Part shown: piece after piece, positions 1-14,882 of the stretch
Layout of the letters: every line of letters begins with the position of its first letter
Numbering within the stretch: position 1 is the first letter of the stretch
Assembly: GCA_951406725.2 (NCBI GenBank)
Contig: OX597815.1
Coordinates: forward strand, 111,910,001 to 111,974,000
Direction of reading: 5' to 3'
DNA from: Octopus vulgaris
Lineage: Eukaryota
Length of the DNA: 64,000 nt
Made by a program: the position numbers and the translations under genes
The notes under the pieces: model-generated
What the model saw: the letters and a program-made list of their open reading frames with translations, nothing else
What the model was told of the DNA's origin: nothing
The model's database searches: none

Positions 1-52
1 GTTGATGTTTTACTGATTTAAGTATGTTTCTCCATTCTCTAATTTTGTAGTG

Positions 53-91
<39 letters not shown>

Positions 92-1368
92 CACATACAT
101 TAGGTGAGGTAACATATCTTTCCGATCCGTTGCCAAAATAAATTTGTCTGTAAATAAATGCGAGAATAAGGTTCTTCTTCTTCAATATTCACTTTTGCAA
201 TATTTCACTGGTCTGAACACTGACAATAAGGTACTGCGGATTTCTTTGCTTAAGTCCAAAATTTGCTCAAACATTACGAACAAAATCCTCTTCTAATTAA
301 TTCATTTATTGCGGGAAAACTTCTACAACAATCAAAGACGTCTAATCCCCTTATCATTACCAAACTCATCGTTTATCACTTTCATTTCCCCTACCACCTT
401 TCTATTCATCCGCTCCTAATTAATTTCCTCTGTGTCTCAATTGACCATTTCCTCACATGATTTTTCCCCAAGTCTTAACTGATATAAAGTTATGCGTTTC
501 AAATTCGACTACTTGTTAATAACAATTGCGTTTGAATGATACTCCTAATTATCAGTCTTATACACAAAGATAATTTTTTCTCATTTCATAAAATAAAACA
601 CTCTGATCAACTCTCAAATAGTTTGATCAAGTTTTACGCCCATTTGAACACAAAGTTTTAATTATCAGTATATATATTTAAGATATTTATAAGAACATAC
701 AATTGAAAACACATAAATAACTTCATATATTTTAATCTTATAATTAATTTCATATAATTTAATGCCCTCAACAGCACACAAGCTCTTTGCGTATAGCAAC
801 AAACTTATCAAAATAATAATAATTGGTTTAAGGAAATTTGTCCATTACATTTTCAATTATATGTTGGTTTTATATATTTTATTGGCAATCATTAGCACAT
901 GCAATAATTTTAAATACTACAGTAGAATGGGTGAAAATTATCTGTAATAATTATCTCGATGAATTGTGCACAACCGGATTTGAATAATCAACCGTGCAAT
1001 TTGCAATTTTACCAATTTTAGTTTCTTACGATTTATTCAAATACGTTCATTTCTAATACTTATAATATAAAAACAATATGGATTTATGTACATACAGTCA
1101 AATAAGGATAATAAAAGCTATTTTTGTAATTATTATTTTGTTCATTTTTACTTATTTGTTAATATCTATTTTATTTAATTCAACATTAAATATTACAGTG
1201 TACTTAACAGCATCAAGAGTATATCAGCATGAATTTAAATTACGAGTAAAATTCATCTTAAGATTTCTCTGAAATATATGTCATATAAGAACATAAACAC
1301 TTAAACGTGTCTTCAGGAAAATTCGAACCTGGTTTCTCATTCTTAAGGTGTTTTCGATGCAATTGTTA

Positions 1369-1401
<33 letters not shown>

Positions 1402-1710
1402 CTGTCATCGCTTGGAATCGAACTCGGAATCTTAAGGTTATTAGCCCGCACTTTAAACACTACGCCATATACCCTTGGGAAATTGTGGAGTGAATTTTAA
1501 GATTATAAATCTAATATATTCCTAACCTTCCTTAATTCCCACCATCCATACAGTGTAAAGAGAGGGTTTGCTCAGTACCTAAAATATCGAGCAAAGAATA
1601 TAAGTAACGATCGTGATACCCACCACGAAGAAAGCATCAAGTTAAGTAACAATCTATTAATTAACAACTTCCCTCAAAACATACTATCCTCTCACATTAT
1701 GAAGTAAAGA

Positions 1711-2112
1711 GTGGATAAAACCAATAAACTGTCCACGGTCTCTCTACATTATGTGAAAGGCTTCTCCGAAAAGATACAAAAGATATGCGGCTCATATTGC
1801 ATCAGGACAGTGCTCAAGAGTAATACAACACTTCGCAAATATCTCCTTCGAGTAAAACCACCAATAGAGGAAAATATGATAAAAGACTGCGTGTACTCCA
1901 TCACATGCCGCTGTGTTAGGTTACGCAAAGGCGACACATGCTGCTCCCTCAAAATAAGGGTGGACGAATATCGCAAATCTGTGACACGAGAAGATATTGA
2001 TAAATCGGGTACAGCTGATCATGTATGGAACAATGGAGACCACCTCCTCTTGTGGGATGAAGTTAAAATAATACTTAGAGAACAACACTGGCAAATCCGA
2101 AAACTAAAATAA
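1711..2112 (+). pseudogene. PLE GIY-YIG endonuclease fragment
   Basis: SLHYVKGFSEKI...DCVYSITCRC..RKGDT...SGTADHVW resembles the PLE motifs PYVKGxSE, GVVYxIxC..YIGET and SAxAEH. Confidence 0.75.
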
Positions 2113-2346
2113 GCAGCACGTATGTTAGGACACAACCTTCTAAGCAGACCGAGTACAGATATGAGTACCATATGGGAGCCAGTATTATGGAAAGATAGAA
2201 AAATATTAGATTTATAAGCCCCAAAATGCACTCCATATTTGCAGTGCTTAAGAGCGCGGGCTACTAACCCCAAGATTCCGAGTTCGAATAATAATAATGT
2301 CGAAATATACCTTTGGAATGAGAAGCCAGGTTCGAAATTTTCCCAA

Positions 2347-2392
2347 GACACCTGATGAAGGCTGGAGGGTATATCAGCCGAAACGTTGCGTT
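2347..2392 (+). ncRNA. Minimal type I hammerhead ribozyme (PLE type)
   Basis: gacac-CUGAUGA-A-GGCUG(10 nt)CAGCC-GAAA-CG-UU-gcguu, with palindromic AACGUU. Stem I has one mismatch. Confidence 0.65.
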
Positions 2393-2456
2393 AGCAACAA
2401 TCAAGATGAGGATAAATATCCGTCAAATGTAAATTATATTTAGGTTGTATTTCCTA

Positions 2457-2490
2457 ACTAGCCGTATAGCCCGGCTTTACCCAGGATTAA
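2457..2490 (-). mobile_element. Helitron-like 3' terminus (GC hairpin + CTAG)
   Basis: Minus strand reads ttaatcctgggtaaagccgggctatacggCTAGt, matching the plus-strand copy at 13380-13412. Confidence 0.5.
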
Positions 2491-3327
2491 TTTAGGATTA
2501 TTAAATTAATCAAGTTACTTACTTTGGTTTATTTCAAACCAAACTAAGTAACTTCTACTTCAAATTTGGGCAAAAGCTGTTGAAATTGGTAAACTTTTAT
2601 CTGAAAATGAGTTGCAGACAACTTGATCGGGTAATCCCATAAGGAATCGGTTTATCGATTTTTTCCCCTCATCGATTTTTTCCGTTTTTGGAGAACTTAA
2701 AGCATTGGAAGATCCCATGAATCCTAAGTAATGCTGGCATCAAGTTTAAACAAAATACATGAAAATTGGTAAAAGTTATGGTTGAAAAGAGGCTGAAGCC
2801 AATTTTATTGGGAAATCCTATAAGGAATCGGTTTACCGATATTTGTTTATCCTGATTAACTGGAAACACTAATAAGGAATCAGTTTATTTACTTTTCACC
2901 CCAAATCGGGCTTAACCGAACACAATATTGATGATTCAAAAGCATCTATATTTATACTTTAAAGTTAATTTTCACAAACAACCCACTTCCGCAGAATCAT
3001 TGTTGTGACTGGAGCGCATGAGTTGGGAGTTTGATCGGCAGAGGTGATCAGGTTGCACATATCAGCCCTTTGAAAACACCACCCACATCATCTAACCTCC
3101 CCTTTCACCCATGGGTTGGGAACCGTTCCGGCAAGGAAATAGAATGCCCAAAAGGGCTCCCGATTCTCTGTGCCAGAAACGGTTATGTTCAGATCACAAC
3201 TAAGACTTAGGTATACATATATATATATATGCATGATATAGGGCAACACGAACATACATATACGTACGTTCGTACACCTATTGCATACGTGTTTTTTGTA
3301 CGCATATATGTTCATGTGTGTTTGTGC

Positions 3328-3359
<32 letters not shown>

Positions 3360-6300
3360 ATGTGTGTGTGTGTGTGTGTTGCCCGTATATCAACAAAACA
3401 CTTCTTTCCTTGATGGAACATAAACAACAAAAGTCTTAACAAAAACTTACTCGTCCCTAGAAGGGGACTTAACTCCTGTTTGTAATCAATAGTGTTTTCT
3501 CCAGCTTGCAAATTGTTAAAAATTTTGGTTGAAAAAATATTTTTCTGCTATTCTCTGAGAAAAATAAGTTGACGAAAATACAGCTACGATCATGACGAAT
3601 GTCCTCCTAAAATTGGAGTGACATGCGTACTAATTTGTGGACGTGCATAAATTACATTCACGTACACACATACACCCCCCAACACACACAAGCAAACAAA
3701 CACATCCTGCCTTTTATATATACAGATTATATTTTAAACTCCGAGCCTTTCATCTTTAAGCATTATATCGTTCGGTATTGTGCGCTTTTGGCCTGGCAAA
3801 ACTTTTAACATATTTTAATCTTTTTTAGCGTTTTATCGTTCATCCTAATTACGTTCAATCTAATGCTCCTGCAGGAACAATCGCGTATAGATTCGTGCTC
3901 TCATATTATTATTTTACACTCAATGTGTTGAGAAGGCAGGTATCCCCTTCTTTCAAGTGTTTTATTTTAAATAGATTGACACTAAATTTTATTCAGCGGA
4001 GGAAAAACATGAAATGCATTATCAGCAGAGACCCAAATAATTGCTGGGTGATTGAAACTGTCAAGAAACGAAGAGTAATGAAATATGACTGGGGATTGAT
4101 AATAGCAGAGGATTGTAAGCTTTACGTACTCTGCATATTATAGCAAAACACTGCACATGAAATTTTGGTATATAATACCAACTCTAGATTATCGAACCCA
4201 ACGCAAACAGAATCACCTATGACTGGTAGGAAAAATACAACTTATCTTGCTTCTCAGTAATGATCTAGTTTTCGAAAATTCTAGATAACAGGAATTGTAG
4301 AGATATATTATCGATATTCCATATTTTTGCCCCACAAGTGCTAAGTCACTCCGTCTAACTGTATCCTGCTTGTTGTAACTCGCTCGTTAGTGATTCAAGT
4401 CTAAACACGTCATACTAGAAGGCAAATATATTCCTCTTCAATTTTCGGAAATACAAGAGAAGTTAACAAAATGGGCTTCATACAGCCTTACAACTGAATA
4501 ATATGAAACAAATGCTGTCTCTATTTAGGATGAAATACATAATGTTTCCGACGATTAACACGGACAGTTTGTGCTCTGAGAAGCATGAATGCGTTGTATG
4601 CAGAAGATCTAAAGACAACCTTGTCCTATTTTCAATGATTTAGGCTTCAAAGATAACAGTGGACAGCAAACTTTCTGCGGTAAAAATTTAAAAGTCCCCT
4701 TATATATAGAAATAATCAAATTTCCTCCTAAGCTTGTTTGTACATTATTTGAATTCATTGATACAGCATTTTAAACTCAAGATTCCCACACACACACACA
4801 CACACATTCACACACATATATACATAATATGAAAAGGTAAAATCTAAGGATCAAGCTGTAGGAAGTTAGTACGCTTCGAGCAGTTCCTAGAAGGTATATA
4901 AAACAGTTTCTGTAACAATAGTTGTCTATTGACGTAGAAAGTTATAAATGTTCAGTTTCTCAAATTTATAGACACAAACCATATGATTTCATGTACATAC
5001 AGTCGAATGAAATTTGCAAAAGTTATTTTTGTGTAATTTTATATTGTTCGTTTTTTTTCTTATTTGCTAATATTTATTTTATCTAATTGGACTTCAAAAA
5101 TAATATTATGGTGTATCTAATGGAATATATTAGCATGAATGTAGATTACCTCTAAAATTCATCTTAAATTTATCTTAGAGAACATGAATACTTAAACGTT
5201 CAATTTACAATAATGCGTTCACTCTCATCTTACTCACCTCGTGAACATAAAAATACTCCTCTTGATATACTCGGAACACATTGTGACTAACTGCACGACT
5301 TTTCCTTTTTCTGGATTTAACAATAACTTATTTCCTACTGTAGGATTTTCTTACAGAGTGGCATTTTTACTAGCCCCTTCGCTATATATTCTGAATCAGG
5401 GATCATGTTTACAGCACTTCATATGCTGACTTATAGCATGATTAGTGATAAGGTGAAATTTGAGTAACTTAATGAGAGTTTGGTAGTCTCTTCTGATTAA
5501 TGTCATTATATTGAAGGGAAAATCCCTTTGTTGGAAATTAAAACTTTTATGCTACTTGAAACGTTCTTCATGCATGCTATTTTTAATCAGCATTTGATCA
5601 TTGATATTGATATCTTAAGACTTAAAAGTTTATCAGTTGCTAATGTGCCTGTAGAATAAATTGAATTCTCCATATTGTTTTACTAGTGCTATCAACCACA
5701 ACGATAGACATAAACAAAAGACGATAACAAGACAGAGACTCTATACGGCACCAAATGCTGCCATATAATTTCTTTCTTTTCATTTAAATATCATATTATT
5801 TTACTATAGTCTTATTTACGAACATGGATTTTAGTTGAAAATATCTATTACACAAACAACAATCATATTATTCATAGCATCAGTGATTGTTCTTATAATT
5901 GGTAAATTTAGTTCCCAATACAGTAACGTAGTCATAGAAGTGGATTACTGGAACTGCGAGTTTAAGTGCAATCGTATACATCTATGTACACTTGGACACA
6001 TAACACATAGAGTAAGACACTTACACTCACAAGCAGTCTGAAACCTAATCATTTCCCAATTATTGAGCATGTACGAAAAGTAATTCAACTGTCATCTTAA
6101 ATTATATGTATTTTTTAACAAACATTGCAATATTGTATTTCGCGAATTTTTTTTTTAAATTTGAACTTTCAACGTAAAATAGACACCTTTAAATCAAATA
6201 CATTGCTTTTTTGTTTTTTCTCTAATACATCGTAAATATGACTGGCTTATTATAGTTAATTAGACAAAAAATGAATTTAACAGAATTCCCGAGGCGAAAT

Positions 6301-7949
6301 AGCTCCGTCTGATTTATAATAATAAAGTTATGATATTCTAAGACATCTTTAGTGATTTAGTAACACACGTCTGATTCGTTTTGAATATTACTTTCCTCGT
6401 ATAACACAAACATTGATATTAATTAGAATATCATCATTGACTCAAGGATATATGAAGGTTATTTTAGTCATGGACTGTCAAGATAGTGTGTTCTCGTGCT
6501 AGTATTGGTGACCACTTTGATATTGTCTTATATCTAGGTAGATCGTCTTTACAATCATACAAGCCAGCTCGGTATATATTTTCTTTTAGTGTTGATATTA
6601 TGCACTCGTTGAATGTAGAAATGCCGTAACTTAACTTTAGTATTTAGGCTTGTCTGTTCGTCTGATTCTTATTGCTGCTGGCATGATATTATTTTGGTTA
6701 TATTTTGATACACTGATGGGATACTTTTGTTGCATTTGTAGAAAATATGGATTTTGTCTACTCTAGGTGATACACAATTTCCTTTAAATCTCTATGGCTG
6801 CAATTGTTACATAATGGACGTTTATAATCTTGTAAGTTAATGCGTTTGCCCTATTGGGCTTTTACCTATAAATGATTCTGTCTTTTATTTAAGGGAAGGA
6901 TTAATGGAAACATTCCTAAGTTTGTTGTTTTAGTGCTTAAATTCCATTAATGTTTTTAGCTATCTTCATACAGTATTTTCATTTGAATTGCTTTGTCAAA
7001 TCTAAGCATTTCAAATTTCCCGAATATATACTTTTTCTGGAATCTATGTATTTGCCACGTTTATATTTTTACCTAAATTCTGCACGAATTAAAAATCTTA
7101 TTCTTCAATTGTAAGCTTTCTACGAAAACTCACAATTTTGTGATGTAAGATTTTTTTACCACGAGCGGGAAAATCACCTCTATATGCATGTCTATTTTCC
7201 GATTTATTTGTTGTCGAATATTGTTTCTGAACAGTAATGATTTTAAGGTCCACATATACTATCGTTTTTCGATACATTTTCTTTTTATGGTTTCCGAACA
7301 GATTTCAAATATTGAGGATTTAGCATAATAATTTTAAGCTCAAATATATTTCATTCATTTTCCCGATATGAAATCCAATGTATAATTAGGTGATTTGATT
7401 ACGGCAGAGTAATTCTGCTAAGAAGCATAGTGCATTGCACTGCATTTATATTCTGCTGAATTACGATAATTATGTGTTTTATCGGAAGGTAAACTGCTTT
7501 ATATATTTTCGGCTTAGTAGTCATTTTATATACTTCTATCATCGGTGAAGTTGTTTTTGTTGATCTCTAAAAAATATTCCTCGTACCTTTGATAATTGCA
7601 CGATATGCGTCTATGAGTAAAATATGGTACTGAATTTTCACCAGATTTGTTGTATTATATGATATATTTTCTTTTATATTGAAATTTCTCAACACGTCGG
7701 TATTTTTCTTAATGCAGAGGAGAAGTAACTTAGTTTTTGTGAACGAATGTGAAGTAAAAATATATCAAAAACAACTTGCGATAAAATATTTTTCACAAAA
7801 AGTATGTCTTTGATTCTGAGAATACTTCTTTAAAATTCTACAGAATAATTCTATTTCAGATTAAGACATCTAATCGAAATTTTCCTGTAAAGTATCTATA
7901 TCGATTTCCTTGATATTTCTCGCGATGACATTTCAAACTGTCCCCAAGG

Positions 7950-10116
7950 CCCTACATTAATTGTCACTCTCTTCATCTTTATTTTCCATAGTCAATTCTT
8001 TTTGCCTTCCTTCCTGGTTATTCGTGGGTCAAAGAGGCATGCAACGTGAATTGTATAGCACAAGTGGTTCACCTTGGTTACCACCAGTAGATTCAGTTTG
8101 TTGTGCTCTAACACTTGTCGTGCTCATACGACGTGTTGCCTTTATTTTCCCTTTCCACAAAGTTACCAATGTAGCATCTTATAGTGATTTTGGACTAGTG
8201 TAGCGCATTCGTTCACGATATGGCATGGTTTCGTTAACTCTATTATAGATTCGGCACAATGGAAACACTTGCTTATTCCTAAGTTTGACTCTCAAATTAT
8301 TTACCAGAGCTTAGTCATGTGCTGCCAGTATGGTGCTTCCTGTCATTATTTTCAGTGTTCCTTTTTTCACTCGGTCCCGCCTATATTTTACAGCAACTTC
8401 ATTCGAAGCTGCATGGAATTGATTGAGTAGAAACTTGTGCAGTGCTTCTTCATGACATTCTTGCACATCCTGTTTCGTTTTCCCCCTTTTTTGTCTGCTT
8501 TCTATAAACCATCATCACTAACTGCCACAAGTTAGATTTCTACACTTTGGGTTAGATATCTCAGCAGCTCCGCATTTCCATACAGTCCCCTTTCTTCATT
8601 TTCTCTCTTCATGTATAGACGTGAATAATGAGCTCCACGTGTGGTTAGAGGCTTTCTTGTCTTCCAGTCCAACCCATTTAGCTCATCCTCTCTCCACTTC
8701 AGTATTCTGGCTCCATACCGAACCACTGCAACTTGTGGAGCGTATTGCTAAATTTATGTTTCTGGTTTTCAACTTTGAATCCAATATATTTCTCAATCGA
8801 CGCAGATACTCTTTCTTTATGCTTTCTTTCATCATCATTATTAACTCCATCTACCTCAAATATTCCTAGCTATCTATATCCGGATTCAGGTTCAACTGCC
8901 TTCATAATTTTACCACTTATCTTACTTATACTTTCCTTTCTGACAAACGTCCTTCGTCTCATTATCGTTACAGCATATTTTGAAAGTCCAAACTACACCT
9001 TTATATGATTTGAAAAACTCTGCCCAGTATTGGACTAAACTGTCTAATCCTGCCTGACTTCTTATGAACAACTTCAAATCATCCATAAAGAGCAGGTGAT
9101 TAATCTTTCCTTTACCGCTTCCCAGGTCATGCCCTAACTTTGTCTTCCGCAATATTTCACTCAAGGGAATCACTCTCGGCACAAAGATCAATGGGGTAAC
9201 TGTACCCCAGGAAGTCTTCTAACAATTGATTTCCTTCTGTCAGTTCAGTTCTCCAACATTTCAAACTGTTCCATATAAGGATTGTCATGTTTTCTGCTCC
9301 TCCATACATTTCAATATTTTATGCCTTACGGTAATCAATCCATACCATGCTCTCCTCTAATAGTTTCTCATCATTAGTTTGTTAATTAATAACTGATTGT
9401 TTATTCCCTAGCTTTTCTTTTGACACCCATTTTTTCCACTGGTAGCAGCCCATCTTTTCCTAAGTATCCGAACAGTTTAGCGGTCAAAACAGCAGGCAGT
9501 ACTTTTTGCATATGCAGAATACTCATTATTAGTCTAACGCTTGATACCATGTTACGCTTTGGAAATTTTTTGACGCATAACAATGCCTCTACTCTTTTCA
9601 TCAACTGGAAACTAAGCCTTCCTGCAAACAGCTATCCAACTGTTCTGCCATCCTTTCATGGATCCCTCTCACCTTCTTCATCCAATACCATTAGACACCA
9701 TCCGGCTCTAAGCCCTTCCAACTTGGTATTTTATTTATATGACCCTTTATCTTTTTCGAACTTGTCTTATGTAGTCGTGCACTATTTCTATCTTCGATTT
9801 CCTGCAGCCAATCTGCAATATCACTATGCTCTACGGGCTGATCCCAGAGCTCCTCAACAAAATAAAACGCTCTGCTTCCATTTGCTTAGCCATCAAATTC
9901 AGCAGTTTGCTCTGGCTTCAAGCAATTTGATCTGCTTCATTGTTTTGGACTGTTGTACCTTCCCAATTTTGCCTTGATTGCTACTGCTCTTTGTTTCAGT
10001 CCTTCCAATAATACATCTTACTTTTTATCATTTATTCTATATGTTCCTTCTAACCGTTTTCACGCTTTCAGTTTGCGTTTCCTCTCTTTTTAATCCATCA
10101 ACTTCACCAAAGTCCC

Positions 10117-10177
<61 letters not shown>

Positions 10178-10780
10178 TGCTTTTAGCTAACATTTTGCTT
10201 TTAGCTAACACCATTCCACATATCTCGGACTGAGAAGTTTTGATCTTGGTCTTTTCTAATATATCGACACATCATCCCACTCTGTTTTGTAGATGATAAT
10301 TGTATCCTTGCAATTTATCCCTTCCTACAACTTTTCTTTCGTTTGCTGCCAATGCATTTACACTTTATCCTACATCTTCACTCACCATTCATTTCTCCAT
10401 CTTCAGTTTACACTATCGTTGCTGGTTCAATACTGTCAATGTTTTCTATATTCCTTTTTATTCATTCAGCGTCTAAATCAGCTAATCGACTATTTATTGC
10501 GCTTGCATGATCGGTATTCCCTTCTACTGGATTCACTTCTTATCCAGTACTCAATTATATGATTTGCCACATGTTTCCACCTTTTTTCTCCGCTCTTGAC
10601 TTTCAGTTTGAGCAAACGCTGGATGACAACCGGGCCTGCGCTGTTCAACCGTAGGGGAGCCGCAGGCAGAAAAGAAAAACCTTCACCGTTGGTTCCAGCC
10701 TTATTAAAGCCATTATTCGATACACTTCTATAGGGTATTTTCAACCAATATCGAGTTTCAGTCCTACCGTTAGCCACCAG
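7950..10780 (-). mobile_element. Degenerate RLE-type non-LTR retrotransposon (R4/Dong/CRE-like), boundaries approximate
   Basis: RT motif PLSEILRKTKLGHDL..KINHLLFMDDLKLF (8922-9191) and downstream fragment VRYGARILKWREDELNGLDWKTRK..RLYMKRENEERGL. Many frameshifts and a (TA)n interruption near 10120-10175. Confidence 0.7.
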
Positions 10781-11581
10781 CCGGTACTTTTATCGAGACA
10801 ATATCTGTAAAAAGATTTTCAATAATGATTGAAGAGCTGTTATTATCTTTGAACGTCAAGGGCAATGGAAACTTGCCATTTACGTGATGCCCATGGTTCT
10901 CATCGGAAAAAAAGTTAGTGTCAAGAGTCAATGTCCTGAATCTTCATGCAACCATTGTTTGTTAACCTCTACTGAATCGTTGTTTATCCCCCTTCATCAC
11001 AAGGATGGAGACGTTAGCTACTGACGGCTTGTACCAAGGTTACTACCGACCCCTAAAAACACAGTATTTAAGTAAGTGCCGCTTCTAGACATACTGCCAA
11101 CCAACACTAAGAGTATCTGTCTGCCTGAATTTCGGTGGACTATGACTTTCCTGAGGTCCTCTCCCGTTTACTGGGTTCTGATTTTTTATTTCGCAGGCAT
11201 TCAAAAATTCCACCCTTCTCCCCAAGTAGGTTTAGTGGGATTGTCGTCTAGTGGTCAAGGCACTGACCATGTTACAGGTTACACTGCGACATACATTAAT
11301 TATTATTATTCATATACACACAACAGCTTAGAATGTTGGAAAAGAAAAAACCCTAACATCGGGCTACAAAACGTAACCTTAGATGCCAAGAACCCTCCTC
11401 AGTATCGTAGCTGTCCCTAATAAAACTGTTTTCTGCAGCTGTACAAAACTGGAGTTCATACCTATTTCTTCTATCCATCTGTACTTGAATGAGTAGGTCC
11501 TGGTAATTTACCATTATTTCTTCACTTCTCATATTGGTCATTTCATCATTTGGGACTGTAATGACAATTATCTGGCACTAT

Positions 11582-11770
<189 letters not shown>

Positions 11771-11799
11771 AATCAGCCTTTCTAGCTTCTATCTGTCAG

Positions 11800-12400
11800 T
11801 CTGTGTGCCTTGGGTATGTGCTGTGATTTATTGTGATGCTCTGATGGTTACTGTATTGAAAGTGTTTTGCGTAGGATGTGTGCAGTGCCTAGTAGTGCAA
11901 TTTTCTGTATGTTATATGTGTTTGTAAGTCCTGGTGTTTTTGTTATGTATTTGTCTGAATATTTTTTTATCATGCCTAATGCACCTACTATGATAGGAAT
12001 TGTTTCTGTTTTCAGGTTCCACATTCTAGTTATCTCTATTTCCAGGTCTTTGTATTTTGAGAGTTTCTCCATTTCTTTTAGAGACACGTTGTCATCTGCT
12101 GGTATTGCTACATCAATAAGAAAGCACTTTTTTCTTCATGATCTCTGACAAGTATATCTGGTCTGTTGGCCTTAAATTCTCTATCTGTGTGTATTGACAT
12201 ATCCCAGAGTATGGTTGTTTTCTCGTTTTCTGTGACCTTTTCTGGTTTGTGCCTATACCATCTTTTTTCTGTTGTTATTCCATAATGTTGGCATAGCTTC
12301 CAGTGTATGATGGTCCCAACTCTGTTGTGTCTGTGAATATATTCCTTCTTAGCCAGGACTGAGCAGCCAGAGATAATATGATTTATTGTTTCTTGTCCAA
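11800..12400 (-). mobile_element. 3' fragment of a Dong/R4-like RLE LINE
   Basis: KLSKYKDLEIEITRMWNLKTETIPIIVGALG RLE C-terminus, nearly identical to the copy at 48760-49492. Confidence 0.85.
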
Positions 12401-12898
12401 TAGTGAAAATCGTTCGAGCGTTAATCTACAAATTTAACAGCATTTTCCCCATTCATTTCTGTTTATGAACATGTATTCGTGCACAAAACATGCAATAGGT
12501 GTACGTATGTACGTGCGTGTATGTGTTCGTGTCTTTTGCCCATATATATTTATATTATATTATATTATATTATATATATATGCAATATATAATATATATA
12601 AATGGCGGTGCCCCAGCATGGCCACAGCTCATGAGCTGAAACTGGAAAAATCAAAAAATCAAAAATCATATATTATAATATATATATATAATATAATATA
12701 TCAACATCACAATCAAGGAACGGCCATAATAGGCCATTCACCCACTAGAAATAACAGCCACTAGAAATAACAGCCAAATGGTCTAAGACTATTTAATTTT
12801 TTCCCACTAGGCCGCTGGTGGCAAAACAATTCTACAAAATTTTTTTTTGCCACCCTATATTGATTAATTATAATATAATATATATATAATATAATATA

Positions 12899-12935
<37 letters not shown>

Positions 12936-13250
12936 TAATAAATCAAATATATGCATACATACATACAAATATGTACGTACCTACATCTACATGTATATAT
13001 ACATGCATATATAAATATATATACGTGATAACAGGATACCACAAATAGACGCAGAACTCAACAACAACGAAAACGTAAAAACAAGCATGGAACGAACCTT
13101 TTTTTTACAAAGAAAAAAAACAGAGTTCTAGACAAACTACACAAGGAAAAATCCCCTTCATCAGCTGTCCCTAGTTCAACTCCAGCGTGTTTCGAAGGTG
13201 AGGACAGAACACGACTCGTCGAACTAGCACTTCCTGCGAAGAAATTAAAG

Positions 13251-13290
<40 letters not shown>

Positions 13291-13379
13291 CTAATTTCAA
13301 CTGATTTCGCCTAAATTTGACGTCTATATTACGTAGTTTGGTTTGAAATTAAGAACTTGATGAACTTCATTATCGTAAC

Positions 13380-13412
13380 TTAATCCCGGGCAAGGCCGGG
13401 TTATACTGCTAG
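13380..13412 (+). mobile_element. Helitron-like 3' terminus
   Basis: cccgg-gcaagg-ccggg hairpin followed by ttatactgCTAG|T. Confidence 0.55.
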
Positions 13413-14039
13413 TTGTTACTGAGTGAGAGAGCAGCGCATACCATCAAAGTTACACTGGGTTACAAATACACGAACTACAATATATCCATTATGACTATCC
13501 GTCTGATAAGGATACACTTAATAATAGTAATAATAAAGGTTTTGCCTAGAGTAGAAAAGAATGAAGCCAAACAGTGCTGTAGAGACTAGTCTTTTCGAAT
13601 TACTACTCACTTCAAGGATAACACTTTCGAAGTTATATGCTTCTACCTCAAATAAAATCAGACTTTTCAAAATGTTGTTGAAAATAGGAGCAGCAACAGT
13701 GGTAAGTCAGAGGCAAGTTTGAAGAGAATATTATCGTTCGTATTTAAAATCGCTTAGAAGAGCCTCGTTTGAAACATCATTAATAGCAACGACAATATTA
13801 TCAAGTTAGTTGGTGTAACTGTGTATTAAGTAGGAGCGAATTCGATACCACTAACTAAAGAGCTACGTCAGGGTGAAAAGAATTCATTGCCAACAAAACA
13901 ATATATATAGCAACACACACAAAGACACACACACATACACATACACAGCTGCCACGAATAATGCATACATACATAAATATATATATATATATATGTGTGT
14001 GTGCGCGTGTGTGTATGTGTGCGTGTGCGCGTGTGTGTG

Positions 14040-14205
14040 TAATAGTGTCTATATTTGCCCCCCTACCATATAGCCACGTAACTGTCTATAACCCCGTAAC
14101 TTAAGGTTTCGGCGAAAAAAGAATATTGCGGTCGATCCACTCGACAAAAAAAATCAAGGCGGTTCCCCAGCATGGCCGTAGTCTAATGACTCAAACAAAG
14201 AAAAA
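14040..14205 (+). mobile_element. 3' part of a SINE family also present at 50857-51250, 62700-63050 and 63370-63530
   Basis: Shared ccccgtaacttag..ttcggc and ggcggt.ccccagcatggcc motifs. Confidence 0.6.
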
Positions 14206-14279
<74 letters not shown>

Positions 14280-14427
14280 CTTACGATGAAGTAAAGTAAC
14301 AAGGTTTGTTTTAGAAGCGTTGAGATGTATTGAAAGATACAGAAATATATTTTTCTCTAACGCGTGATAATGCCAATAAATAGCGAAATCAGGATAAATT
14401 ATCGATATATTGCAGACAAATACGAGC

Positions 14428-14696
14428 AATGAGACTCGAACTCACATCTGTGATTACGCGTCAAGTGCTTTATCATTAACCTAAACTGCCCAGTAACGAA
14501 CTCTTCTGCAAATTTAGAACATATATATTTTCACCTCATAAGACGCTAAGGTTAAATCCAACTTATGATGGAAGTATTCTATCATAAGTTGAAGTTAAGG
14601 TTCGCGTCTTATGAAGTCATATTTATAAGATCTAAAATTGCCGAAGAATTCGTTACTGGGTAGTTTAGCTCACAGATTTGTGAGTTCGAGTCTCAT
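14428..14696. repeat. Imperfect palindrome with tRNA-like termini (gagttcgagtctc)
   Basis: gagactcgaactcac..aaactgcccagtaacgaa..cataagacgc is mirrored by gcgtcttatg..ttcgttactgggtagttt..gtgagttcgagtctc. Confidence 0.65.
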
Positions 14697-14807
14697 CGGC
14701 GGTGGGTAACGTATTTTTCTGCAATGTATGGATATTTTATCCTCATCGCGCTATTTATTAGCTTTATCACGCATTTTAGAATTAAAACTCCCTCTCTTTC
14801 TCTCTCA

Positions 14808-14880
<73 letters not shown>

Positions 14881-14882
<2 letters not shown>

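Larger units (their letters stand above)
1307..2440 (+). mobile_element. Penelope-like element (PLE) remnant: degenerate GIY-YIG region between inverted arms containing a tRNA-like segment, with a 3' HHR
   Basis: 1307-1358 is the reverse complement of ~2300-2351, and 1413-1471 of ~2235-2289. Contains an internal GIY-YIG-like ORF and an HHR motif at 2347-2392. Confidence 0.75.

Noticed and set aside
13040-13250. CTGATGA motif on minus in a repeat family also seen near 61020-61170 and 61830-62110
   Set aside because: No GAAA/stem III in hammerhead topology. The repeat family could not be classified.
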